DNA of 15,574 nt, taken from the NCBI GenBank assembly GCA_964548195.1, contig CAZJQC010000029.1, forward strand, positions 1 to 15,574, in the 5' to 3' direction. Both the position numbers and the translations under genes were made by a program. Below are positions 1 through 8,446 of the stretch, in pieces. The notes below the pieces were generated by a model. That model did no database searches. It worked only from the letters and a program-made list of their open reading frames with translations, and was not told the origin of the DNA. Each line of letters starts with the position of its first letter. Position 1 is the first letter of the stretch. The DNA is from an uncultured bacterium (GTDB taxonomy: Bacteria; Macinerneyibacteriota; Macinerneyibacteria; Macinerneyibacteriales; DSCS01).

Positions 1-584
1 TGAATGATATCAGGGTAGATGAAAGCGGCGAGTTCGCGTTTGTCACTGATTCGGGCGCCGGCGGCATCGTCGTCATACGGCTCGGGACGGGCCGGATGAT
101 CAGGATACTGGACGGCCACCCTTCCGTTATGGCTGAGACCGACAGGCTGGTCATCGACGGCAGGGAGATCCTGATAAAGATACATTCGGACGGGCTGGCT
201 GTGCGCGGAGGATATCTCTATTATTCGGCGCTTTCCGGACACACTCTTTACAGGCTTGCGGTCGGCGATATAACCGATGCCTTTGACGCAGGGGTTTCGG
301 AACTGCCGTCTAAGGTCAGTATCGTGGCGGCCATACCGGCCTGCGACGGGATGGAGTTCGACGGATACGGCAGGCTTGTTCTCACCGGCATAGAGAGCGG
401 CGTTCTCTTTGCGGTGAGTCCCGGCGGCGATGTTGCGGCTCTGACCGGAGGCCAGCCTGTAAAATGGCCAGACTCGGTTGCATGCCGTGACGGAGCGCTG
501 TATTTCACCGCGTCTGCGATCACTTTTCCAAAGGAAGGCAATATCGCGGTTTACAGGGCTGAGCCTGTTTATGAAGAGTTTTAA
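1..584 (+). CDS. 5'-truncated major royal jelly protein / yellow (L-dopachrome tautomerase-related, SMP-30-like beta-propeller) family protein
   Basis: The frame is open from nt 3 (NDIRVDESGEFAFVTDSGAGGIVVIRLGTG) into the track ORF 96..584 (RILDGHPSV...IHSDGLA...YLYYSALSGHTLYR...DGMEFD...WPDSVA). These motifs are typical of bacterial MRJP/yellow proteins. The true start lies upstream of the window. Confidence 0.75.
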   Translation, partial: NDIRVDESGEFAFVTDSGAGGIVVIRLGTGRMIRILDGHPSVMAETDRLVIDGREILIKIHSDGLAVRGGYLYYSALSGHTLYRLAVGDITDAFDAGVSELPSKVSIVAAIPACDGMEFDGYGRLVLTGIESGVLFAVSPGGDVAALTGGQPVKWPDSVACRDGALYFTASAITFPKEGNIAVYRAEPVYEEF

Positions 585-595
585 GCGCGGAGATG

Positions 596-625
596 CGGCC
601 TGAGCAGGTCAGGACGGTTTTTTTT
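596..625 (+). terminator. Putative intrinsic terminator
   Basis: CCTGA-gcagg-TCAGG stem (599-613, extendable with one mismatch) followed by T8 (618-625), just after the stop at 584. Confidence 0.5.
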
Positions 626-645
626 ATAATGAATTCATTTTTTGA

Positions 646-674
646 TTGATATATTTTAAATGTTAATATATACT
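646..674 (+). promoter_or_regulatory. sigma70-type promoter of the tetR gene
   Basis: TTGATA (646-651), 17 nt spacer, TATACT (669-674). The predicted +1 is near 681, the A of the ATG. Confidence 0.65.
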
Positions 675-680
675 TTTCCC

Positions 681-1265
681 ATGCCAACAAAAAAACAGAT
701 TGCGGAGGTCGCGCTTGACCTGTTCATGAAGGACGGGTACAACGGGGTCTCCATCAAAAACATTACAGATGCGCTGAGTATCACCAAAGGGAGCCTTTAT
801 TACCACTATGAGGGTAAAGAGGCGCTTTTTAAAGAGACTGTGGACCTTTTTCTTGAAAAGATCTACGGCCGCTTCGGGATCAGGCTGCCTGTGGAAGTCG
901 AAAGCACCGCGGGGATGTTTAAGTTTTTCAAACATCTTTTCAACGATGCCGTGGACTTCCTGGGCGAGAGTTCATACGATGTCGGCTATATTCACATGAT
1001 CATACAGGGAAAAAAGGAATCCGAGGCTCTTAAGGAGATCATCACCCTTCGGTATGACGAGGTAAAGGCGACTATCTTACGCATTCTGGAAGATGATATC
1101 AAAAAAGGCGTTATCACATTGAATTGTGATCTTGAGTCTTTTGCTCTTGGTGTCATGTCTGTTTTCGAAGGCTTTATCCTGATGTGGATGAAGACGAACG
1201 ACCCATCTTTGAAACAGAGCCTTTCGGACTTGTTTGATGCGCAGTTAAAAGCCATTGCCAAGTGA
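681..1265 (+). CDS. TetR/AcrR family transcriptional regulator (194 aa)
   Basis: N-terminal HTH: TKKQIAEVALDLFMKDGYNGVSIKNITDALSITKGSLYYHYEGKEALF. ATG 681 is preferred because the track start at 660 lies inside the promoter. Confidence 0.92.
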   Translation: MPTKKQIAEVALDLFMKDGYNGVSIKNITDALSITKGSLYYHYEGKEALFKETVDLFLEKIYGRFGIRLPVEVESTAGMFKFFKHLFNDAVDFLGESSYDVGYIHMIIQGKKESEALKEIITLRYDEVKATILRILEDDIKKGVITLNCDLESFALGVMSVFEGFILMWMKTNDPSLKQSLSDLFDAQLKAIAK

Positions 1266-1311
1266 CACGACGCATTCCAGATCACGATCATGTCCCCGAA
1301 ACCTGTGACGT

Positions 1312-1570
1312 GACATCGGCCGTTCCGCGGCGCTTCGTCTTTTGAAGCGCGCTTTCCGTGTATTCGGAGTCTGCCTGCGGACGGGTACGGTTTAACGGGC
1401 CAGGGCGTTCATGTCTTTGTCCTTGACGTCACGGACGATGTTTCGGAGTCTTCTTTTGTCCGCACTATCATGGAAAGCGTGGCCGGTATGGACCTGCTCA
1501 TCGACATTGCCGGTTGCTGTGTCTGGCGGATCATGCCGCTATTGAGATCGGCAGGCCGTTTGAGAGTATG
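1312..1570 (+). pseudogene. Degraded, frameshifted short-chain dehydrogenase/reductase (SDR) remnant
   Basis: The frame from 1312 reads DIGRSAALRLLKRAFRVFGVCLR..* (compare GIGRAxAxxLxxxGxxVxGxxR). After a frameshift, the frame from 1392 reads LTGQGVHVFVLDVTDDVSESSFVRTIMESVAGMDLLIDIAG (compare LDVTD...GRIDVLVNNAG). There is no start codon, no intact TGxxxGxG and no YxxxK. Confidence 0.65.
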
Positions 1571-1634
1571 TCCGGGTGTGTCGTCGCATATGGTTCACTA
1601 ATTTCGCCCTTATTAAATACAGGCAAATAGTTTC

Positions 1635-1663
1635 TTGACGCTTTGGCGTTCGTAAATTATAAT
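1635..1663 (+). promoter_or_regulatory. Near-consensus sigma70 promoter of the sphingolipid operon
   Basis: TTGACG (1635-1640), 17 nt, TATAAT (1658-1663), then the RBS-like GAGGTG (1674-1679) and ATG 1682. Confidence 0.8.
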
Positions 1664-1681
1664 CTCCCTTATTGAGGTGTT

Positions 1682-2098
1682 ATGAACAGAGAATATTTTG
1701 ACATAGTGGCTGCTTTGGCGCCCTTTTTTATACTTCACATCATATTTAATGTGTGCTTTTTCTTCTTAAGGGAGAAAAGGCTCAGGCTGATCTCTTCGGC
1801 GGCCGCAGCGCTGGCCACGATCGCCCTTTTCCTCTTCTACGACCCGTGGGTCGCCATGATGATATTTATTTCCTTTACAGGCCTTATAACGGAGAAGCAG
1901 GTATTGAAGAGGATACCCGTATTGAATAAGATATTCGCTTCGCTTCTCATATATGTGTTTTTCATCAGGAAATACAGTTCGGCTATTTTTGCCGTCTTTC
2001 TGGTGGATTATTGTATTGAATACGCTACGGTGCTGATTTATACGGTGAATGCCAGAAGGAGGACGGTTTATGATCGAAGTACTAAGAGTAGGGAATAA
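1682..2098 (+). CDS. Hypothetical integral membrane protein (138 aa, about 4-5 TM segments)
   Basis: Lies directly after the promoter and RBS. Several long hydrophobic stretches are separated by basic residues. Overlaps the next gene by 29 nt. Confidence 0.7.
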   Translation: MNREYFDIVAALAPFFILHIIFNVCFFFLREKRLRLISSAAAALATIALFLFYDPWVAMMIFISFTGLITEKQVLKRIPVLNKIFASLLIYVFFIRKYSSAIFAVFLVDYCIEYATVLIYTVNARRRTVYDRSTKSRE

Positions 2099-3182
2099 AA
2101 AGGAACTCAAAAGATTTATTGAATTCCCTTATTCTTTCTACAAAGGGTATCCCCGCTGGGTTGCGCCTCTCAGAGTATCTGAAAAAGAAACTTTCGACAG
2201 AAATAAAAATCCTTTTTTCCGTCATGCCGACGTATGTCTTTTCAATGCGTACAAAGACGGAATAATGGCGGGCAGGGTCGCCGCCGCCGTCAACTTCAAC
2301 CATAATGACTTCCATGATGAAAAAGTCGTTTTCTTCGGTTTTTTCGAGTCCGCTGACGATGAAGACGTCTCGGCCGCTCTTCTTTCTGCCGTGCTTGTCT
2401 ACGGCAGGGATGCCGGCATGGATATCATGCGCGGGCCGATGAACTTCTCCACAAATGACACATGCGGCATGCTTTATGAGGGATTTGACCATGACCCGGT
2501 CGCCATGATGCCGTACAACCCGGAATATTACAACCGGCTGATGTCCTCTTTCGGCATGCAAAAAGCAAAGGACCTTTATTCGTACCGCTTTGTGAACGGC
2601 ACCGAGAGGGCGCGGAAACTGACGCTTATCGGGGAGCAGATGAGCAAGCGCGGCAACTATGAAAAAAGGGGTATAAACAAGAAAAATATACACAATATTA
2701 TGGGTGATTTTAAAGAGATATACGACCTTTCCTGGGAGAAAAACTGGGGTTTTGTGCCGATGACGGAGGCCGAACTGGTGCATCTTGCGGATGCCATGAA
2801 GGATCTGGTGGAGCCCGAACTTGCGTTCATACTGTATCACGAGGGCAGGCCGATAGGCACGTCTCTGAGCCTTTCCGACTATAATCAGGCGATCAAGCAT
2901 ATGCGCGGGCGCCTCACTTTGCCGGGCATCATCAGGATGAAGAGGGAATGGAAGAAAATAGACACCGCGCGCAACCTGGTGATGGGCGTAATACCCCAAT
3001 ACAGGAGGCGCGGCGTCGAGCTGATACTGATAGCCGGCACGATAAGCGGCGCTAATGAATTAGGCATACAATACGGCGACCTGGGATGGATACTTGAGGA
3101 CAATGAGATGATGAACCGGGAGCTGTTGAACATAGGGTCTGAAAGATACAAGGTGTTCAGGATATATGAGAAAAGAATATGA
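2070..3182 (+). CDS. GNAT family N-acyltransferase (YghO-like), probable bacterial ceramide synthase bCerS (370 aa)
   Basis: AGGAGG RBS (2057-2062) before ATG 2070. Family motifs: FIEFPY..Y...WVAPL, NPFF.HA, GRVAA, FFGFFES.DD, GPMNFSTND.CG.L.EGF, MPYNPEYY, W..NWGFVPMT, MGV.PQYRRRGV (acyl-donor binding) and WILEDN..M. The bCerS role is inferred from family and from its position near spt. Confidence 0.8.
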   Translation: MIEVLRVGNKKELKRFIEFPYSFYKGYPRWVAPLRVSEKETFDRNKNPFFRHADVCLFNAYKDGIMAGRVAAAVNFNHNDFHDEKVVFFGFFESADDEDVSAALLSAVLVYGRDAGMDIMRGPMNFSTNDTCGMLYEGFDHDPVAMMPYNPEYYNRLMSSFGMQKAKDLYSYRFVNGTERARKLTLIGEQMSKRGNYEKRGINKKNIHNIMGDFKEIYDLSWEKNWGFVPMTEAELVHLADAMKDLVEPELAFILYHEGRPIGTSLSLSDYNQAIKHMRGRLTLPGIIRMKREWKKIDTARNLVMGVIPQYRRRGVELILIAGTISGANELGIQYGDLGWILEDNEMMNRELLNIGSERYKVFRIYEKRI

Positions 3183-4170
3183 TTATTGCATAACGGGGGC
3201 GACCGGCCTTGTGGGGTCCAATCTTGCGGACCGCATACTTGCCGACAGGCCCGGCTCCGAGATAGTCTGTCTGGTGCGAGCGTCCAGCGATGTCTCGCAT
3301 CTCAGGACGACATCGGCGAAGATACGCGTCGTGGATTTCAACGATCCGGGCACAATCATGCCTTATGTCGCTGCTTCCCAAAAGATCTATCATCTGATCG
3401 GCCTCACGGCGTCGCGAGACCCGGAGGCTTTCAAAAGGGTGAATGCGGAACTGCCCGCCGTCTTTCTCGACGCCTATTTGAAGACGAGGGGGCGCGGTTC
3501 CGCCTTTGTCTTTATGAGTTCGCTGGCAGCGGTGGGGCCGCGTGACCCGGGCCATGATGATCCGCTGCGTCTGACAGGGCTTGCGCCTGTTACCGAATAC
3601 GGGAGGACAAAACTTGCCGGAGAGAAACTCTTCTGGCCTTATATAGAGGATGAAGAACTGAATATAAAGATCGTGAGGTCTCCTTCCATCTATGGCAACC
3701 GGGACAAGGACATGCGTATAACATTTGACATGGCCGGCAGGGGTATCGCCCCCGTAGTGGGAAAGGGCGGCCGGGTGACGGTTGTCAATGTCAAGGACCT
3801 GGCCCGTTACATGCTGCGGCTTGGGGACGAGGGTGTCGCCCCGGGCATATACTATCCTTATGACGGCAGGGTGTATACGCAGAGGGAGTTGTTCGGGATC
3901 GCGGCCGAAGCGCAGGGCAGACAGCGCGTTTTTGTGGTCAGGGTGCCTGTATGGGCGGCCCGCGCGGCGGCGTTGTTTAATGAAAAGCGCGGAAAGAACC
4001 CGATCTTCAACAGGGAAAAAGTAAGAGAGATAGCGGCCCCCGACTGGGGGTATGAGGGTGAAGGTTTCAGCCGTATAGGATTGGAGCCGGAATATGATCT
4101 GTACGAGGGTGTTAAAGACCTGTATTCGGGCAAAAAGGACTTGCCACGAGGTGAATTTAACTTAAAATAA
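3166..4170 (+). CDS. NAD-dependent epimerase/dehydratase (extended SDR), probable 3-oxo-ceramide reductase CerR-like (334 aa)
   Basis: Rossmann motif ITGATGLVG, MSSLAA (catalytic Ser region), catalytic YGRTK (YxxxK) and R.PSIYG.RD. Overlaps the GNAT gene by 17 nt and sits between the bCerS-like gene and spt. Confidence 0.8.
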   Translation: MRKEYDYCITGATGLVGSNLADRILADRPGSEIVCLVRASSDVSHLRTTSAKIRVVDFNDPGTIMPYVAASQKIYHLIGLTASRDPEAFKRVNAELPAVFLDAYLKTRGRGSAFVFMSSLAAVGPRDPGHDDPLRLTGLAPVTEYGRTKLAGEKLFWPYIEDEELNIKIVRSPSIYGNRDKDMRITFDMAGRGIAPVVGKGGRVTVVNVKDLARYMLRLGDEGVAPGIYYPYDGRVYTQRELFGIAAEAQGRQRVFVVRVPVWAARAAALFNEKRGKNPIFNREKVREIAAPDWGYEGEGFSRIGLEPEYDLYEGVKDLYSGKKDLPRGEFNLK

Positions 4171-4179
4171 TCCTATACT
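4141..4179 (+). promoter_or_regulatory. Possible internal promoter upstream of spt
   Basis: TTGCCA (4141-4146), 16 nt, TAAAAT (4163-4168). A second -10-like TATACT lies at 4174-4179. This is an AT-rich patch at the largest intergenic gap in the operon. Confidence 0.35.
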
Positions 4180-4202
4180 CAGGATAGACAAGGAGGAGTT
4201 CA

Positions 4203-5384
4203 GTGGACATATTTGAGAAGGCATATACTTTTGATACAGCCGACAAGGCCAGGGAGGCCGGAGTCTATCCCTATTTCAGGGTGATACAGTCCGATCAGGA
4301 CACGAAAGTCATGATGAACGGAAAAAAGGTCTTGATGCTGGGGTCGAACAGCTATCTGGGACTGACCAACCATTCGCATGTGAAGAAAAAAGCGTGCAAG
4401 GCAGTGGAGAAATACGGCACGGGTTGTGCCGGTTCCCGTTTTCTTAACGGCACGCTTGACATACATATAGAGCTTGAGGAGCGTCTGGCGAAGCTCACGG
4501 GCAAAGAGGCCTGTCTGGTGTTTGCAACGGGCTATCAGGCCAATCTGGGCGCCATATCCGCCATAGCGTCGGGCAAGAACGACATCATCATCACCGACAA
4601 GCTTGACCACGCCAGCATCATCGACGGCGTGAGGCTTTCTTTCGGGAAGATGGTGCGGTATAACCACGCCGACATGAACCATCTCGAAAAAGTGTTGAAG
4701 CTGCACAAGGTGCATCCCAAGGTGATCGTCACGGACGGCATATTTTCCATGGACGGTGATATAGCCAAACTGCATGCGATGACCTTTCTGGCCGAAAAAT
4801 ACGGGGCGAGGCTTATCGTTGACGACGCCCATTCTGTGGGGGTGCTGGGAAAGGACGGCGGGGGCACGGCCAAACATTTCGGCCTTACGGACAAGGTGGA
4901 CATAGTCGTCGGCACGTTCTCGAAATCACTGGCATCTGTCGGCGGCTTTGTGGCCGGCGACGCCAAGATCATGGATTATGTGAAGCATAACGCGCGGTCG
5001 CTCATATTCAGCGCCTCTCTGCCTCCCGGGTCCGCGGGCTCTGTCATGGGCGCGCTTGACATCATGGAAAAGGAGCCAGAACGCATACAGAAACTGTGGG
5101 AAAACACCAATTTCATGATGGAGGGCTTTAAAAATCTCGGCTTCAATGTGGGGCATTCGGAGACGCCGATCATACCGGTCATCATCGGCGACGATTATCA
5201 GACTTTCCGCATGTGGAAGATGCTTGAAGACGCGAATATCTTTGTGAATCCCACGGTCGCGCCTGCCGTTCCCAAAGGCCAGGCCCTTATAAGGACAAGT
5301 TACATGGCGACTCATAAATTTGACGAATTGCAGTATGCACTGGATTGTTTTGAGGAAGCGGGTAAAAAACTGGGAATCATATGA
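4203..5384 (+). CDS. spt: Serine palmitoyltransferase (PLP-dependent alpha-oxoamine synthase, aminotransferase class I/II fold; 393 aa)
   Basis: AGGAGG RBS (4191-4196) and GTG start. Motifs: GVYPYFR, GSNSYLGL, YGTGCAGSRFLNGTLDIH, DHASIIDG, DGIFSMDGD, DDAH and the PLP-lysine motif GTFSKSLASVGG, which is SPT-type (BioF/Kbl usually have GTLSKA/GTLGKA). Closely resembles Bacteroidota-type SPT as I recall it. Confidence 0.85.
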   Translation: MDIFEKAYTFDTADKAREAGVYPYFRVIQSDQDTKVMMNGKKVLMLGSNSYLGLTNHSHVKKKACKAVEKYGTGCAGSRFLNGTLDIHIELEERLAKLTGKEACLVFATGYQANLGAISAIASGKNDIIITDKLDHASIIDGVRLSFGKMVRYNHADMNHLEKVLKLHKVHPKVIVTDGIFSMDGDIAKLHAMTFLAEKYGARLIVDDAHSVGVLGKDGGGTAKHFGLTDKVDIVVGTFSKSLASVGGFVAGDAKIMDYVKHNARSLIFSASLPPGSAGSVMGALDIMEKEPERIQKLWENTNFMMEGFKNLGFNVGHSETPIIPVIIGDDYQTFRMWKMLEDANIFVNPTVAPAVPKGQALIRTSYMATHKFDELQYALDCFEEAGKKLGII

Positions 5385-6259
5385 AAAAAACGGTAAAACT
5401 TATTGCAAATCCCGAATCCGGCCAGCGCCGGATGGATGAATATCTGCCGAAGGTGATGTATATACTTGCCAGCAGCGGCTATTCCCTGGATCTGGATATA
5501 GTGAATTCAAAGGAGGAGATCAATCGTTCTCTCAGGGACGCTTCCGAGAACTGTGATTATCTCTTTGTATGCGGCGGGGACGGCACGGTCAATCTTGCCA
5601 TCAATGAGTTCGCCTATAAGGACAAGCCGATAGGGATCATACCGGTGGGCACGACGAACGTGCTCGCCATGGAATTGAACCTGCCCATAAACCCCTTTGA
5701 GGCCGCCCATTATCTTGCCGCATACGCGGAACCGAAGGCCTTTGACGTGGGCAAGATAAACGACACTTATTTCGGCCTTATGGTCAGTTACGGTTTTGAC
5801 GCGCACACCATAAGCAAGGTGGACCTGAACCTTAAGAAGATCATCGGGCGTTATGCGTATGTGCTGGCGGGTTTTTCCACCCTGCTTACGTACAAGCCCG
5901 AACCCATATATGTTGATTTCCTGGACGGTTCTCCCGTGAAAACGGGGTATTTTGTTGTCGTGGGTAACGCGTCTTTTTACGGCGGCCGTTACAGCATGAC
6001 GCCGCTGGCCAGGATGGACGACGGACTTCTTGACGTGTGCATATTCAAGGAAAAGGGGATATTAAAGTCGATATCCTATGCCATTGACGTGCTTAAGGGC
6101 ACGCATATGGATGCGCGGGATGTGGAATATTTTCAGGTCCCTAAAGTCCGTCTGTACGGCAAGCTGGTGCCGGGGCAGGTCGACGGGGACTTTTCAGACG
6201 CGGAGAAGGATTTTATGGAAATAGCCATCTGTCCCAATGCCGTTAAAATACTCGTTTGA
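5381..6259 (+). CDS. Diacylglycerol/lipid kinase family protein (YegS/DAGK), candidate ceramide/sphingosine kinase (292 aa)
   Basis: Motifs IANPESG, CGGDGTVN, IGIIPVGTTNVLA.EL, FDVGKIN, GFDA, YGG, DDGLLDV and QVDGD. ATGA overlap with the spt stop. Confidence 0.85.
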   Translation: MKKTVKLIANPESGQRRMDEYLPKVMYILASSGYSLDLDIVNSKEEINRSLRDASENCDYLFVCGGDGTVNLAINEFAYKDKPIGIIPVGTTNVLAMELNLPINPFEAAHYLAAYAEPKAFDVGKINDTYFGLMVSYGFDAHTISKVDLNLKKIIGRYAYVLAGFSTLLTYKPEPIYVDFLDGSPVKTGYFVVVGNASFYGGRYSMTPLARMDDGLLDVCIFKEKGILKSISYAIDVLKGTHMDARDVEYFQVPKVRLYGKLVPGQVDGDFSDAEKDFMEIAICPNAVKILV

Positions 6260-6272
6260 TATTGGAGGGGTC

Positions 6273-7268
6273 ATGAAAATTATTATTCCGGCGGCGGGTA
6301 TGGGCAAGAGGCTCAGGCCGCATACGCATATCATGCCGAAAGCCATGGTCGAAGTCGCGGGATACCCTATTATCGGCCATATAATAAGAGGATTGGCCGG
6401 CATACGCCCCGAGGAGATCATCATCATCACGGGCTATATGAAGGAATCCCTGATCTCATGGGTAGGTGAAGAATTTCCCGCTGAGCCGGTCTCTTTTGTC
6501 GAGCAGAAGGAGATGTTGGGGCTCGGGCATGCGGTTTACGCTGCCCGGGAAAAGGTCAAAGAAGAGGATGAGGTCTTTATCATATTGGGCGATACAATTG
6601 TCGATATGGATATACCGGCGATGATCGGCGCCGGCAGGAGCGCGCTCGGGGTAAAGCGCGTGCCGGATCCCAAAAGGTTTGGTGTCGCCGAGACGGACGG
6701 GAATGTCATAACAGGGCTTGTCGAGAAACCCGAACGCCCGCGAAGCGACCTTGCCCTTATGGGCGTCTATTACATACGCGAAAGCGGAAGACTCTTTGAC
6801 GCTTTGGGCTATCTCATCGAACATGATATCAGGACAAGGAACGAATATCAGATAACCGACGCTTTGAACCGTATGATAAAAAACGGAGTGGAGATGGACG
6901 CATTCCCGGTTGACAATTGGTTTGACTGCGGTACCATTGAATCGTTGCTTGATACGAACAGGTTTCTTCTCAAGCGGCGCGGCGACGCCGTTCCGGCCGC
7001 CGGCGGCGGCACGGTCTATATTCCGCCGGTATTGGTCGGGGAAGGCGCTGAGATCAGCCGCAGCGTCATCGGGCCGTATGTCTCGGTGGGGGCCGGCGCG
7101 GTGATCAGCGGTTCGGTGATAAGCGACGCCGTGATAAGCGCGGACGCGAAGATATGCGATTCCGTTTTAACGGCATCGGTGATCGGCGAGAGAGCTGTTG
7201 TGAAAGGGGCCCGCAAACATCTGAATCTGGGCGCGGACGGGTCCGTGTTGTGTAAGGAGGATCAATGA
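6273..7268 (+). CDS. Sugar-phosphate nucleotidyltransferase, long form with C-terminal left-handed beta-helix (glucose-1-phosphate thymidylyltransferase-like; 331 aa)
   Basis: GGAGG RBS (6264-6268) and ATG 6273. Motifs [43 protein letters not shown] and WFDCGT, followed by hexapeptide-like repeats ([25 protein letters not shown]). Confidence 0.88.
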   Translation: MKIIIPAAGMGKRLRPHTHIMPKAMVEVAGYPIIGHIIRGLAGIRPEEIIIITGYMKESLISWVGEEFPAEPVSFVEQKEMLGLGHAVYAAREKVKEEDEVFIILGDTIVDMDIPAMIGAGRSALGVKRVPDPKRFGVAETDGNVITGLVEKPERPRSDLALMGVYYIRESGRLFDALGYLIEHDIRTRNEYQITDALNRMIKNGVEMDAFPVDNWFDCGTIESLLDTNRFLLKRRGDAVPAAGGGTVYIPPVLVGEGAEISRSVIGPYVSVGAGAVISGSVISDAVISADAKICDSVLTASVIGERAVVKGARKHLNLGADGSVLCKEDQ

Positions 7269-8446
7269 AAAAATCAAAGGGCCGATATCTGTTTACTTCG
7301 GAGTCGGTAACGGAGGGGCATCCCGATAAGGTCGCCGACCAGGTGTCGGACGCGATATTGGACGAGATACTGAAACAGGATCCCGAGGCGCATGTGGCAT
7401 GTGAGACACTTGTCTCCACAGGACTTACGATGGTCTCCGGGGAGATCTCGACCGCAAGGGCATATGTTGACATTCCGACCATTGTAAGAAATACGATAAA
7501 AGATATAGGCTATATTGACGCCGCGTACGGCTTTGATTATAACACATGCGCTGTCTTGAGCTCCATAGACGAACAGTCTCCGGACATCGCCAGAGGCGTC
7601 AACAGGGAAAAACATCTGCAGCAGGGCGCCGGCGACCAGGGCATGATGTTCGGGTACGCCGATAACGAGACGCCCACCTTCATGCCGCTTCCCATATACT
7701 ATGCGCATAAACTCTCCAGAAAACTGGCTGAGGTGCGCAAAAACGGCACGCTGGACTGGATACGCCCCGACGGGAAGACACAGGTGACCATCGAATATGA
7801 CGGATACGAGGCGAAAAGGGTGGATACCATCGTCTTGTCGACACAGCATGATCCCGAAATAGATTACATGGATCTGAAAAACGCGATCATAAAACACGTG
7901 ATCGACCCGGTCATGCTGGAGGAGTGGGAGGCAAAACAGGTCGACTACAAGGACACAAAAATACTTATAAACCCGACCGGCATGTTTGTCGAAGGCGGGC
8001 CCAAGGCCGATACCGGCCTTACCGGCCGCAAGATCATCGTGGACACCTACGGCGGGATGGCTGCCCATGGAGGCGGCGCTTTTTCCGGCAAGGACCCGTC
8101 CAAAGTCGACAGGTCCGCGGCCTATGCCGCGCGTTACATAGCCAAGAACATAGTCGCCGCGGGCATAGCCTCTATGGCAGAAGTGCAGGTCGCCTACGCC
8201 ATCGGTGTCGCGGAACCCGTGTCCATAATGATAGACCAGTTCGGGACGGGCAAATATGAGGATGACAAAATAGTGCGGTGCATAAAAAAGGTCTTCGATT
8301 TCCGCCCGGCGGCGATCATAGACAGTTTGGAGCTGAAGAGGCCGATATACAGAAAGACAGCCGCGTACGGCCATTTCGGACGGGAATTACCTGAATTCAC
8401 CTGGGAGAAAACAGATCTCACGGAGGATATACTGAGAAATCTATGA
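7265..8446 (+). CDS. metK: S-adenosylmethionine synthetase (393 aa)
   Basis: Motifs [63 protein letters not shown] and [23 protein letters not shown] overlap with the upstream gene. Confidence 0.98.
   Translation: MKKSKGRYLFTSESVTEGHPDKVADQVSDAILDEILKQDPEAHVACETLVSTGLTMVSGEISTARAYVDIPTIVRNTIKDIGYIDAAYGFDYNTCAVLSSIDEQSPDIARGVNREKHLQQGAGDQGMMFGYADNETPTFMPLPIYYAHKLSRKLAEVRKNGTLDWIRPDGKTQVTIEYDGYEAKRVDTIVLSTQHDPEIDYMDLKNAIIKHVIDPVMLEEWEAKQVDYKDTKILINPTGMFVEGGPKADTGLTGRKIIVDTYGGMAAHGGGAFSGKDPSKVDRSAAYAARYIAKNIVAAGIASMAEVQVAYAIGVAEPVSIMIDQFGTGKYEDDKIVRCIKKVFDFRPAAIIDSLELKRPIYRKTAAYGHFGRELPEFTWEKTDLTEDILRNL

Noticed and set aside
4203..5384. Alternative annotation as BioF (8-amino-7-oxononanoate synthase) or Kbl
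   Set aside because: The GTFSKS lysine motif, the YPYFR and GCAGSRFLNGT segments and the bCerS/CerR/kinase neighbours favour Spt. No bio or tdh genes are nearby. Not formally excluded without a phylogeny.
7030..7200. Repetitive-looking DNA (GGTGATCAGCG / GTGATAAGCG units)
   Set aside because: It encodes the hexapeptide beta-helix of the nucleotidyltransferase and is not a CRISPR array or an independent repeat.
6273..7268. Calling the gene rmlA/rfbA or glmU
   Set aside because: No rmlBCD genes are in the window, the protein is too short for GlmU, and its substrate cannot be read from motifs.
7274..8374. 366-aa antisense ORF opposite metK (similar ones at 2082..2999, 4200..4877, 12942..13715, 11765..12337 and 10862..11404)
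   Set aside because: These are shadow ORFs on the strand opposite well-supported genes. They show no family motifs and are expected from codon bias.
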